This document shows positions 27,323 to 39,548 of a DNA stretch of 64,000 bases, piece by piece. Position 1 is the first letter of the stretch, and each line of letters starts with the position of its first letter. The translations under genes were made by a program, and so were the position numbers. Under the pieces are notes generated by a model. The model was given only the letters and a program-made list of their open reading frames with translations, was not told the origin of the DNA and did not search any database. Source of the stretch: Plasmodiophora brassicae (Eukaryota); NCBI GenBank assembly GCA_036867785.1, contig CP145414.1:682001-746000 (forward strand). The letters run 5' to 3'.

Positions 27323-28199
27323 TCAGATTGCTTCTCTGAGCTCGCTGAGCTCCTCTTCGGTGATCATGTCCGTCGTGTACCCGATATCGCCCATCATGCT
27401 CAGGACGCCGGACATGAAGCTCGTCGCGAACTCATGGACCACCTCAAGGCTGATGAGTTCTGGTGAAGTGTCGCGCGACTAGATTTCGGTTCAGATCAGC
27501 GTCACGACCCGCCTGACTGGAGCACAGACCTTCTCCTCTGTCTTCTTTCGTAGCTCTGCCATCAGTTCAGCCAACTTCGCTGCGTGTGGCACCATCAGCG
27601 TCAGCGTCGGTTTCAGGCGATCCCGGTGAACGTATTTCTGCTCTCCTGCATCCTCCTCTGTTATCTGCCTGTCGGCGCAAATCAAGTTCAGGACCCAGTC
27701 TCCGAACACCTTCAAACACGTCAGCGTATTCGACACCGGACCAGACATGCGAGGTGCCCGACCTGGCAGCCGAGGTCGGTGAACTGTGCCCACATTTGTA
27801 GCGTGAAGTAGGCACGTAAATGCGAGTCGAATTCCTGCGGACGGTAGACCTGGTGCCGATTCTTGCAGACCTTGATAAATTCCGTCGTGTTCTCGAGGCG
27901 GAACTCCCCTTCGGAAGACGTCAGTAGCGACCATCACTGAAGCGCGTCATGAAAACCTGTCATCAGTGGATCGAGACAGAACACTGTGCCCAGGTGAGCG
28001 ATCGTCATCCTCGTCGTGTGGGGCGGATTGGCCTGCAGAACCTCGCTAATGACCTGCCGGCGTCGACCATCAGCCACCGATATCGTCACGGCCATGATTG
28101 GCGACCCACTAAATGCTGCCTATTGGCGCTGCCTTTGACCCGATTGAACTCGTTCGTCATGTACTGCGTCATACTCGATGTCGACATGTTACTGCCCAT
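27323..28199 (-). CDS. Conserved hypothetical protein (possible degenerate EF-hand, MGxxxS myristoylation-type start); multi-exon
   Basis: Spliceable exons MGSNMS..EFNRVK / HLGTVFCLD / GEFRLENTTEFI / LRAYFTLQMW / FGDWVLNLI / FATSFMSGVLSMMGDIGY. Confidence 0.6.
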
Positions 28200-28774
28200 G
28201 GAGCCGAGCTGTCCCGATTAGCGTATGTGACGTGCAGACGCCAAGGTGAGCGTAATGGAGATATACGGTATACTGCGTTTGACAGGCAGGAGCCATGAAT
28301 TGTCAAACAGCTTTGCTGCAAAGTTATGGCTCAGTTGCAAGGACGCTGAGGCCAGTGATGCCTTTATATTGGGCCTTAGTATGCAGAATATAGCATGTAT
28401 TCAAGTGCTGGACGGAGGGTTGGCAGAAGGTTAGCGCGCCCTTGCTCGCAGTCGCATCAATGGTGGCCCATCAGCAGACCCGCTGATGGACCACCAGATG
28501 CTGATGGACCACCAATGACGGGAGCAAGGGCGCGCCAGCCGTCTGTAAACCCCCCGTCCAGCACTTGAATACATGCTTATTACTGTTGAGTTGTTCTCTG
28601 TCGTTGTGCCAGAGGATGGTGGCGACCGTGTCGAGGCCAGCTGATTCTTGGTGCTAGTTTTGGGGTCAGCAGTCAGCACAAGCGCCGGCACAACAATATA
28701 ACAATACAACTCGTGTTAATTGTGGCGACTTTATGAGATGTCCTATACAGCGACCATGACGCAATGATATCCTT

Positions 28775-31700
28775 CTATTCAACGTCAAGCAGGGACGCCA
28801 CATCGGGAATGCGCTGGAGAACCCGTCCAGGAATACACAGAAGCATCGTCCGCATGTGCTTGGCCTGTAGGTCCAGGCCGCGAACCATCGGTTCGTACAG
28901 GAACGCCATCAATAGCACCAGGATTGATAGGAAAACCAGGGTCACCGCCAGGTACGCCGACCTGAACACGCTGATCTGCCCGGCAATCTGCTGCTTGACA
29001 ATATCGAGGTCGTATGTCAGGGCGTATTGAAGGTACATCGTCTCGAGGGAGCGCATCGTTGCCAAACCACTATGAATAATATCGTGAGACAGGACCGGCT
29101 TCAGGCGCCATCCCCACCGACCTGAATCTCTGGCTCTTAACACGGGAAGTATTTGCAGGCAGTCGCTGGAACATTGCGATCTGGCTGCGAGCGTTACCCG
29201 CGAACTCCATTATAGCGACATGGAGGCCGTTGCCAAGGACAGAATGATCGAATACGGCACAATCGGCATCGTACGCGGCGTCAGGAACGCATCCGTTTGT
29301 GAACATGAGCGCCGGCTCTGGATCGGTGAATGCCGCACCGCTTAAGACGCCCGGAGTCCCCATTGCCGACGAGCCGTACGTGAGACCTGCCCGGAATCTG
29401 ATGACCAGATTGAAGCCCATGATATTCTTCAGGTGTACGTACCGTGTTCGATGGACATGAGTTCGTCGATACTCGACATGGCCTGGTCGAACGACCTGTT
29501 GACGCTGATGGCGCTAACGGGTGCTGCCCATTGGTTCAGGTCGCCTAGCGTCTGCCGAAGCTTCATGCGACGGTACTCGCCCCAGGTCGACGTCGACACG
29601 GCAGCCGACATCTCACCAAGTATAACTTGAACTCTGTGGCATGCGCTTCGTTCAGCACCGAGCTCTGGAATATGATGGCGGGAACGTCACCCAATGGTTG
29701 CGAATATAACGACGACGAACGCGACGTAGACGAACAGCGCGGCATTAAGCTGGAGCAGGACTTTCCATCCAAGGCGGCTCCTCTGCTTTCGGTTCGCCAG
29801 CAGAGTATGTTTGTTTCGCGAATAGCTATCTGATGCCAGGTCTTCAACGGAACGTGCGATGTCTTTGCCGGCGTCGATAGCTATGCACATACGCCCACAG
29901 TCACAAGCCGATGGGCAGGGGGACAGCAAATGCCAACGTACCGCTCTCTTCGTCATCGTCGCTGATGGCGAACAGTTCGTTGCGGGCAACTCGTAGGTCC
30001 TTGAGCCGCTTGACGCATCCCTTGCGAAGAAGTTCGACTTCGCGCGGGGGAACCTTTGTGAACACTGACAGCCTGTTCACCTGCGACGCAATCATCTCCG
30101 ATAGTGACGGGTGTACGAACACCACAATCAGCAGGACGATCAGAACGCCAGGGACAATCGCAACAATCGCGTTGGTAGTCTGAACCGAATTCAGACCCCT
30201 GATGACCTGTAGGATGTCTCCGGTAAGCAACCGGTAACGACATTGTAGCAATTGTCGGTTCCAAAGTCAAACCTCGTCTCTCCATGCGCTCGTCGACCGG
30301 TTCATCTGTGCGGTCAGGTTGCCCCGGTTCAGATATGCAATGAACATGGCGTCCTGGCTAATATTCGTCGATGTGTAAATATTTGTCAACGGTGTAGCGT
30401 ACAATTGGGCGCCCGCTTCCGCTAAGCGCGCCGTTGCATCGCTGAGCGTCACGTGCTCGTACTGGATTCCAGATCCAACAGTGACTGCTAGATTGACGAT
30501 AGGCGACGCCATCATTTGCGAGAAGGTCGCGCTGACCTGGCTCGGGTTCGCTTGGATCGCTTGCGCGAACGACACCAGTTGTTGTGATGCGTCGAGCAAT
30601 ATTGACCTGGCGATGGGTTCGTCATCGGCTGTGTCGACGCCAGCACTAATCACCATCAGCCATTGGGCCGCATACGCAATCGACATCGCCTGAGACCAAC
30701 CGCAATCAGATTCACAAATGGCGGCATGGGCAAGAAGGCTGACCTGGTAGGTTGTCGTGCTGGCGAAGACGAGCAAGTCGTTCGTGTTCTGGTAGTTGTT
30801 GAGGATGTTGTTCATGACGAGGAACGAAGTCAGAACGCCACAGAATGCCGTGACGATGACAAGGGCGAACAGGCCACGAAGCCATCGGGCACGGCCCGCC
30901 ATGGCCGACTTCCCCGACGGCCCGGACGCCATCTGACGAACCAGCTGGGTCCCGATCTCATCGATACTAGTCGTCCCACCAGGGCCGCCCCCATGCTGAT
31001 CGACCGTCGCCTTGTCTGACGACGCCTCGCTGGTGGACGCGCTCTCGTTATCAGTCGTCTGCTCCGCATCGATATTCGTCTCGTGCACATGACCTGCGTC
31101 GTCCTCCTGATCGACATCGCTGTCATCATCGGTGACGATTAGTGCATTCTCTGAGAAGAACGTCTGCAGGAGCCGCAATGCAATTGCGTCCTTGTGGCAC
31201 AGTTGACTGACGTCGGAGCGGATGACGTCCCGCTCAGCAGGGGTGACATCGTCTAGCAAGTCGCGTCGGACGTCGTCGATTTGCCGGTCGTCAACAACCG
31301 GCTTCGTCAATAGAGCCGCTGCGAGCCGCATCGTTAGAGTTTCGAGCCGCATTGTTCGCGGGGATACAATCTTGACGACGTCGTACAGGACCCCATCATG
31401 TGTGCGCTGCTCAGCAGAGCATTGGACATTATAGGAACCAGTTCCGTCAGCGACATATCGAGGAACCAGATCAGGTGAGCCGATGGTGGTTCCTGAGAAC
31501 TGGACCGTCATATGCAACATGTCGTGCAAGCCGGCAATGAACGGGACTGATTGTGGTGTCGGACGATCATCGAGTGTGAACAAAAGATGGCATCCATTGG
31601 TTCGTTCGACGACGGGGAAGGCCTCATCACGATCGATGCGGGCAATGAGGTAGTTGGTGTCGACCACCGGATCAGGCTCATCAGCACTGAATGTGGCCAT

Positions 31701-33929
31701 GAACTCCAGCATGTTCCCTTCGTCAGATACCTCGTGAAGCAGGATCCTACCCGGGACGATGCAACCGTTGCGGTGCTTAGCGAACACATGGCGTACCGTC
31801 TTCGTCAGACGCATGTTGCCCGAATCAAGGAACGCCTGGATCATGGAGTGATGCGTGGTAGCCCATGGCAAGGACACCAACGTGTCGACGTGTTTGCCAA
31901 TCAAGTCGTTCCGTTCGTATCCCAGAATGTTACATAACAAATTATTGACCTAGACAGGGAGACAAGAGTTATTTCGATACAGGACGTTTCTGTCCGGTCG
32001 TCTGTACCTTCGTGATGATGCCCAAGGAGGCGTAATCGACAGAGATGACGACCATGCCGTTACGAACGGACATATCGTTCTGAGCCTGCTCGACGTTGTT
32101 CGCGTTCTTGTTGGCGGCCGCGGCCTGCTCGTCGGCCTGGTTCAAAATCGTCTGGCCCTTGTCGCGCTCATTGAGGGCATCGATTAAGAATCCGGCGTAG
32201 ACTCGCAACGCAGCTGGGGTTCGTTGGGGCATCGTTACGATCTTATTGTAGTTCTGCTGCGCCAGATTGATGAACTTGGACACCTACAGCACGACGTCAA
32301 CGTAAGACCGTTTGCGGTTGCCTATGCGGTGCGCGCACCTGGGAAGTCATTTGATACAGGTCCTCGACTTTCGTCGACGATGATGATATGCTCTCCCAGA
32401 AGCTAACCTGCTCCTTGGCAGCTTTAGCGTCGTTGTCGATGGCGTCTTTAAGGTTCTGCTCATAGGCGATCGCAGTGATGATATCGGACCCACTGGACCC
32501 CGTGTTCTCCTCGCTTTTCTTCTTACGGCGACGATATATCAGGAACTGCTCATCAAGCTGAGGGGAACGTTCCGCTGCCTTCGCCAGTGATCGCATGCCG
32601 ATGTGTCCGTGCTTTAGGACGGTCAGGTAAAACTGGCCTCGGAACAGGAACATCATGGAACTTCCTGAGAATCTCTTGATACCTTCCACGTAAATCTCCT
32701 GTACCGTCAGAGTCATGTGAGCCCACCCACCATGGATTGGTGAGCTACAAACGTACTTCGGCCAACGCAGACACGCGCTCGAACTCATCCGCGAGCAGAA
32801 GGCGACGATCTTCTCGACCATTATCCTGCCATGCATCGGCGACGTTGCACATAAGGAAGTGGACCTTCAGCTGGACCTCGATCGGTGACGATAGACGGGA
32901 CACGGGCGATTCACTGATCCAGATCTTCCTGGTTGTCAATAGCAGGTTCGACACGATGATGACGATTGGTGTCCCGATGTAGAATGCGATGACGGGCGAC
33001 GCGTCGGCGGCGTCGTTGTTGAAAACGGCGACAGCGACGACAACAGCACCCCAACACTGCAGCCAGGCCAGCGTCGCTTTTACCTGGCAAACCGTGAACT
33101 TGTAGAATGGAAGGTACCACGTATAGGCGAACGCGCTGACTGATGTCAGAACCACCATCGACAGAATGACAAACATGTTGGACGATTGGTCGGGCAACAG
33201 TTGCCAGAAGGCGGTCAGCAAGAACCTCATCATCAACTGGACGGCTTCCGCCCGCGAGTGAGACCGACCCATGACGGACGGTTTGCAGGGATCGTCCTCG
33301 AAATACGTCAGCTGGACAATGAAACAGAACATAACGAACAGGATCGAGACGGGCAGGAGGAACGCCAACGATAGGTTATCGCGGCCGGTATAGCAGGAGA
33401 CCGACGGATCCAGGTCGCACTGGATATTCATGATGAAGACGTTGGCAATCGGGATGAACCCGATGGATGTAATCAGGACGGCGAACTGTCGAAGAATATG
33501 CAAGGGCAGCATGTACTTGAAATAGTTCTGGACGAACGAATAACCGACGTACACGACGCACGCCAGAACGATTGCGACTGTGGTCATCGCCGCTCCAAAC
33601 GTCAGACCACCTTTCACGGGCGCTGATGACCCCTGCCAGCCAGCAAGCGTTGAATACGGCAATGCTTCCAGTAACGGGGCGGCCGCCGCCTCATTCAACG
33701 GAAAATGTCGGTCCCGGTTGAACGCAAATCCAAGGACCTGGAAGAATTGCATAAACGACCCAGACAGGATGATGAACATGGATGACGATGTCTCCTTGGA
33801 CATGACGTAGATGACACCGAACAGAGCTTTGCGTAGCATTTCAATGATTTGCGCCAGGCGGTTCATCGTGGACCCCTCGTCGGCATCGGACCCGAAACCG
33901 ATCACGATGGGCGGTGTTGGACCACCCAT
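28775..33929 (-). CDS. TmcB/TmcC-like (tiny macrocysts) multi-pass membrane protein with PAS domain; multi-exon
   Basis: N-terminal 7-8 TM region (LPFYK motif), TPR-like linker (YAGFLIDALN), PAS domain ILGYERNDLIGKHVDTLVSLPWATTHHSMI..FAKHRNGCIVP, and C-terminal TM followed by MRTMLLCIP. Confidence 0.85.
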
Positions 33930-34091
33930 CGTGCAATTGCTGCCGCTGGTTGTAGCTGTTGTCCTTTGTCCCTGGACAGACGTACAGTCAGTCATGGAGT
34001 CATCAGTACGTCGTACAGTACACCACCCGTGGGTGTGCGTCAACCGTCAGGCAGTACCAGGGCAAGGAGAAACACCAGAGCAGCGAGGGCG

Positions 34092-34637
34092 ATGGAGTAT
34101 CACGAGGGATTGTTTGTTGAGGCTGAGGGTATGGCGCCACTCTCGGTCAAGCAGGAGACGGGCATCGTCGTCGGCGAAAGCGATGATGTGGAGACAATCG
34201 TATGCCGCGGCCAGGACACGTACGTACCGAAGATGAGGTCGTTCAAGGAGCGTCAGTACATTTGCAATGGCACACCGATCCACCGGGTCACATTCTGGCG
34301 CCATCGCAAGCACGGTTGCCCGAACATGCCTGGACCCCGCCTGCCTAGAAAGACGGCCATGGTCAGAGCGGATAGTATCGTCAAGGCGGACTTCGACGCC
34401 GATTGCGACATCGACGATGTCGACGACTTGACGAGGAAGGACGACGAGGCCGTCGAGGACCACGGCGACAGACACAACGTCTCCGCCGGCATGGCCGCCA
34501 TGTCGTCCAGCGACGAGGACGGCGAACTGGAATCCGAGGGCGAACCCGTCATCGATGGCGACGACGTCGACTATTTCCGCGACATACTCGGCGACATCGA
34601 CATTGACAAGGTACCCGACCCGATTCTCCTGCTCTGA
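34092..34637 (+). CDS. Hypothetical protein with acidic C-terminal half
   Basis: Intronless ORF with coding-like codon bias, divergent from the TmcB-like gene. Confidence 0.55.
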   Translation: MEYHEGLFVEAEGMAPLSVKQETGIVVGESDDVETIVCRGQDTYVPKMRSFKERQYICNGTPIHRVTFWRHRKHGCPNMPGPRLPRKTAMVRADSIVKADFDADCDIDDVDDLTRKDDEAVEDHGDRHNVSAGMAAMSSSDEDGELESEGEPVIDGDDVDYFRDILGDIDIDKVPDPILLL

Positions 34638-34816
34638 CGGAGACCTGCACACAACGTACAGCCAGCCATGCCACCATCAAAACCGTTAATAATGAAACAA
34701 ATAAGGAAGGCCAGATTAACTACCACGTCTGAGATGTGGGGCACGGTTGGAACAGTCAGTCGTAGAGGGAATTTATGCACCCTGGGTTGGTCAATAATAA
34801 CAAATTACACAAGAGG

Positions 34817-36660
34817 CTATTCGCGGGTAGACCCGCCGAGCGTCAGGTCTGCGCTATGGTTCGCGACGCCACCGACCGCGTACAGAACGTTGACGAGGGG
34901 ATCGTCATCGCCCGCTGTGCTGGAGGCAACGGTTTCTGAGTCTCCTTCACTATACGCCTGATACTCGATGATGGCAAATCGGTCCCAGTCACTACGACCG
35001 CGATTAGAGGGCAAAGCCAAATCGACAGCCGGCAATAATACCTCATTCCAGGTGTTGACCGGCATTGCTCGATGTGGTTCGGATCTCTTGATTCGTATTG
35101 GATGAACTTTTCGAGGTTCATCAGCATGTTGAAGAACACAGTGACGAGCTTGCAGCGTTTCAGATCCCGGCGACGGATTTGGCCGATGACTTCAGGGCTC
35201 ACGATGTCCATTCTGAAACGCGCCGGTTAGATTACATGCAATAACACTACCAAGGCTCAAATGACGGTATATACATTTGGCAAACGAAGTCGTCTAGGCT
35301 AATATGCTCTTGAGAGACTTGCTGAATTCGCAGAGATTGCGCCTTATAGAACGCTTCGATCTCGAAGACAGTAAGTAGGCCGTCAGCATCGATATCACAG
35401 ACACGGAACCAATAGTCGAGCGCGGTTTGAGTCGTTTTATCCTCTTCCGACAACAAGAACCCTATCACCAAGACCTTTCTTAGCTGAAACCAAATAACAC
35501 ATTGAACAGTCGATTACAAATAAAGTCATCGTATCCCATGAATCGTTCGGCACTGCCCGGCATGGTCTGAGGATACTTGAGTGCCACTTCGAAGATTCGG
35601 TTAATAACAATGGGGGTCAAGGCGTAATTCCCCTAAGAAAGCGAGTAAATCATGGATAATTGAGAAATGAAGCGCCGTGACTTACATATCTAGCCATATC
35701 ATCGCGACTCAACAGATAATCATGATCAGAATCCAACTCCCAAAACTTGCAGTAGATAACGTAGAAGTGTTCGTAGGAAAAGTAGGCAGTAACTTGGTTG
35801 ATATCGTCTGCAGTAGCATAATATTTAGACTAGGCGTTTGCAAACGCCGGTCTCCAGACATCCAAACCTTCGTGGTCGAGCAAATCAAGGGTCGCAAGGC
35901 AATCGCTATTTCGAAGCTCCAACAGCGTCATGCGCCCGTTGCCAGACCGGTTAACCGAGTAGAACAGTCTAGCAATGACCGTTTGGATATACTTGTCTTG
36001 AAATTGTTCGGACCCGGCTAGGAACCGTAACCCGGGATGCCTATGAACCACCTCTCGGACGACTGGCTCAAAACAGGACCGCTCCAGGTACGAATCACCA
36101 GATCTTGACGCCGCCTGCAGAACTCGAAACAACCGTGTAACTCGATCGCACGTTTGAAGTCGAGACTCCCAGAATCTATATGGGCGAGTAAGTCGCGACC
36201 ACGAGTTGGGGAGCGCGAGGGCAAACCGTTTGAAGTGTTGCATCGTAACAGTGGTATCGTCGTTCCTGACAGCGTTGAACAGCGCCAGGTTGCAATAGGA
36301 AGGGATTTGGGCGATATCGGTGGTTACTCTTTGAAAATCTTGCAATGATATTGCAGGATTGCAAGCCGGCCCAAGAAACAGAGTACTAATATTATTCTCC
36401 TCGCGATACTTCGTCGCTGGAGATAATGGTTGCCCCCCAGGGAAGTAGAACTGCTTGATCGACGTCGGACCAGGCGACGCCGGTAGGAGACCGACCAGAC
36501 CTCTTTGCCCTATGGACCGCGACAGCGGCGAATGTGGCGGACGCGGCGACGATGGCGCCTGGCTGCTTGTCAGCGCCCGGTCGACCATCTGATGCGTCTC
36601 CGGCAGCGACAGCCACTGCAGGAACGTATATCGCGTCGCGGCGCCCTGGACGTCGTGCAT
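34817..36660 (-). CDS. Protein phosphatase 2A regulatory subunit B'' (PR72/PPP2R3 family, EF-hand); multi-exon
   Basis: [94 protein letters not shown]. Confidence 0.93.
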
Positions 36661-37253
36661 GGCACGTTGAGGATGAGGTGATCGCCAGTGAAAACTCCGG
36701 ACCAACCCACACCCGAAACTGCATCCCAAAACATGCAAACGAATCGGGCAAACTCACCGTTCAACCCAAACGCGCTCCCGTCTATCGGGTCCTGTGCACG
36801 CGCAGAATGAGTGAATGACGGGTACAAGGTACCGAAAGCTATTGGTCGTTTTGGTCTATTGGTCGTTTTGGTGTAAAATGGAAATCAACGTCAGCTGGTA
36901 GCTTCGGTTCACGCCTGTTAAAATCCAAATCCGCCCCGACTGTTGAGCTCTTACAGTTGTAGTCCCCGCAAAGTCAGAAGTGACGTGGCTGCTGTTTCGA
37001 ATCGAAGCCTCGAACCGGCGCGTTTCCTCAGCATGCCCGTTGGCAGCAATAGGGCGCACTCTGTCACGAGAACGCAGTTGACCACAGTTTGTGCATTCAC
37101 CAATATTCATATTTGTATGAGTGGCTGGTCGACCACATAACTCCATGGCATCTAACACGGTGTGGCCGTGAGTGAGCGCCGCCGCCGGGTCGTGCGGTTA
37201 GGGGTCGGCGCAATTCGGTTTCGAACCAGAAACCTCCACGGTTTTGGTTCTCT

Positions 37254-37882
37254 TATCCAACGTTGTCTGTGGCTGTCCGGGCTAACGATAAGATGATCTT
37301 CCACTGCAGGGAATTCCTCGAAACTTGTGAGCGCGGCAACGTGATGCGCGACGCGATACCGAAGATTCTCGAGTATCACCGGAAGTACGATCCGCATTTG
37401 AATTCCGACGCTGCTCTGATAGCCATGTTCCTCGATCCTCGTAATGCGAAGACTGAAGGGTCTTTACGAAACCCTAACGATGGAGTGTCAGTGATAAGAA
37501 TAAGTACCGAAACCAATAGGCTACGCACGCTTCGGCACTATAGCCGCCATTATTCCACAAATCGTCACCTGTTTCAGCTGCAGCAGCCGGTTCTTCTTCA
37601 ACATCAGACAGAGCGCTGTAGGTCAGCAGGCCCAGTTTGACAATCAGAGTTTTTGTCTTGGTGAGTAAAGGCCCTTCACTCTTCGCATTACGAGGATCGA
37701 GGAACATGGTTATCACTGCAGCGTCGGAATTCAAATGCGGATCATACTTCCGGTGATATATACTCGAGGATCCTCGGTATCGCATCGCGCATCACGTTGC
37801 CGCGCTCACAAGTTTCGAGGAATTCCCTGCAGTGGGAGGTCATCTTATCGTTAGCCCGGACAGCCACAGACAACGTTGGATA
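37254..37882. repeat. Long inverted repeat (arms 37254-37467 and 37665-37882) of transposase sequence
   Basis: The arms are reverse complements with scattered substitutions and one 4-bp indel; both encode SVAVRANDKM..HCREFLETCERGNVMRDAIP..YHRKYDPHLNSDAA..MFLDPRNAK. Confidence 0.95.
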
Positions 37883-38991
37883 CGAGTCTCCACCGAGAAA
37901 AGTGGTACGCCTCGCTGGCAATTCTAGAAACGAAGAAACATGGTGCAAGTGCAGCCAACCATCAACGGTCAGACGATGATCGGCAAGATCCGCTTTGCAC
38001 TGTGCATTCTTTGCAATCATGTCGAGAGCAGGCTGCAGCACAACGCACCGCTTGATCATGATATGCGCCAAGTTAAAGCGCGTACAGCAATCTGTGCAAG
38101 GTGGCTCAAATTCCTTATCGAGCAAGCCTTTGCACACAGATCGGAATATGACCTTACATATGCGTATGGCCGACAGAAGGCCACGAAGTGCGTCACAAGC
38201 TGCATTGTGTGCACAGCGCATCGCAGGAGGTTTCTCAGTTCAACGATACGATGACCAGACGATGCCATCGTTGACGAGACATACTCAGCAGCAGCGATGG
38301 CATCTGCGCTGTTATCGTTCACCAACGCCAAAATCTTATCGTCGATTTGGAAATCCGACAGCCGTTCACAGATCGCAGTGCCAATCCGTTTACCTGCACC
38401 TTTCCCAGGATAGATGTGAGCAAAATCAAGTAGCCAAGACAGAAGAAGACCATGTAAGGTGTCTATCCAGTGGCATGTGACAGGATACAATCCCTGCAGT
38501 TTGGGATTCGACTAGCCATCGAACGTGGCGCTGACCTTCGAAGGCACGGTGGCAAAACATTCAACCAACATGGAACGAGGGATGAAATACAGTTTGAGAA
38601 TCCCTCGTTTGACAGTGCGAGCGGGTTTCGGTTCGAAACCAAAGCATAGCGTGCGAGAGTATTCGCGGAAAGAATCGACTTCCGGGAGTGAATGAACGTC
38701 TCCACGACGGACGATATACTTGACGACAGCAGCATTGTTTTTCGCCACGCGATGCAACGGCAACGTTGTCGAAGTGATAAGGATCTGACGGGAAGTTGTT
38801 GTTACACGGCCCTCGACGATACCTGCTTCTGCTGCAGATGTTTCAAAATCGTACCAGTCGACGTCGACATAGACCAAGTCAGGCCACAATGCTGACATTG
38901 AGTGGACGGCGCTTCCGCGATTGAACGACGGCGCCGAATTCGACAACTGCAGCGATGACGGTGGCGCTTTGGATTGCTTCGGGGCTGCCAC
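37474..38991 (-). pseudogene. hAT transposase pseudogene
   Basis: Motifs VSATFDG*S (W codon now TAG at 38512-38514), VTCHWID, LVNDNSA, RCAVHTMQLV, TRFN..IMIKR, YPTLS and MFLDPR are spread over several frames. C-terminal dimerisation domain not seen. Confidence 0.85.
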
Positions 38992-39362
38992 GAGCAGCGG
39001 AAGAATCGGTCAGGGCGGCCTCAGGAGCGAACGCTTGGGGGGAATAAATTCAACACCAATCTCAGAAACCGTGGTCGTTGATGTTTGCTCCATCTAGGCG
39101 ATGACCAGGCATGACAGACACGAGAACAGAACCTCATACGCTCCCAAACTGCTTCGAACGCGATACAGAGAGCGTGGCGCTAGGGCCACTGTGCGGACAC
39201 TGCGCACGCGGATCGGGATTCCTGCAATACTAGCGCATCCGTCATATATACAGCCGCCCAGTGCAAACCACGGTTCAAATCGGTTCCGGCGGAACCGGTT
39301 TGGGCGGACCTCGAACTGAACTAAACCAAACCAAATTGATTGGGTCCACCTGAACCGCTCAG

Positions 39363-39542
39363 TGATTCAAGCAGTTCGAAGCGCTTAGGAAAGTGAAAGT
39401 CCCCAGTGTATCTAACGTGGGGGAAGCCGACGTCCCCATGACGTCGCACACACAGTGGCACGGTCGCCACTGTGCACCAGTTGCGTCACGTCGTCGTGAC
39501 TCATGGGTCGGCCACTGTCGCTAGCCTTCCCATTATGAATCA
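39363..39542 (-). repeat. 3' LTR (180 bp)
   Basis: TGATTCA...TGAATCA (7-bp terminal inverted repeat); base-for-base identical to 44309-44488 on manual comparison. Confidence 0.97.
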
Positions 39543-39548
39543 GCCGCC

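Noticed and set aside
28200-28770. Possible ncRNA or snoRNA in the intergenic gap
   Set aside because: No convincing box C/D pair with terminal stem and no other recognisable RNA structure.
36840-36873. 17-bp tandem duplication TATTGGTCGTTTTGGT(C/G); similar 18-bp duplication at 28482-28517
   Set aside because: Two-copy slippage duplications with no evidence of function.
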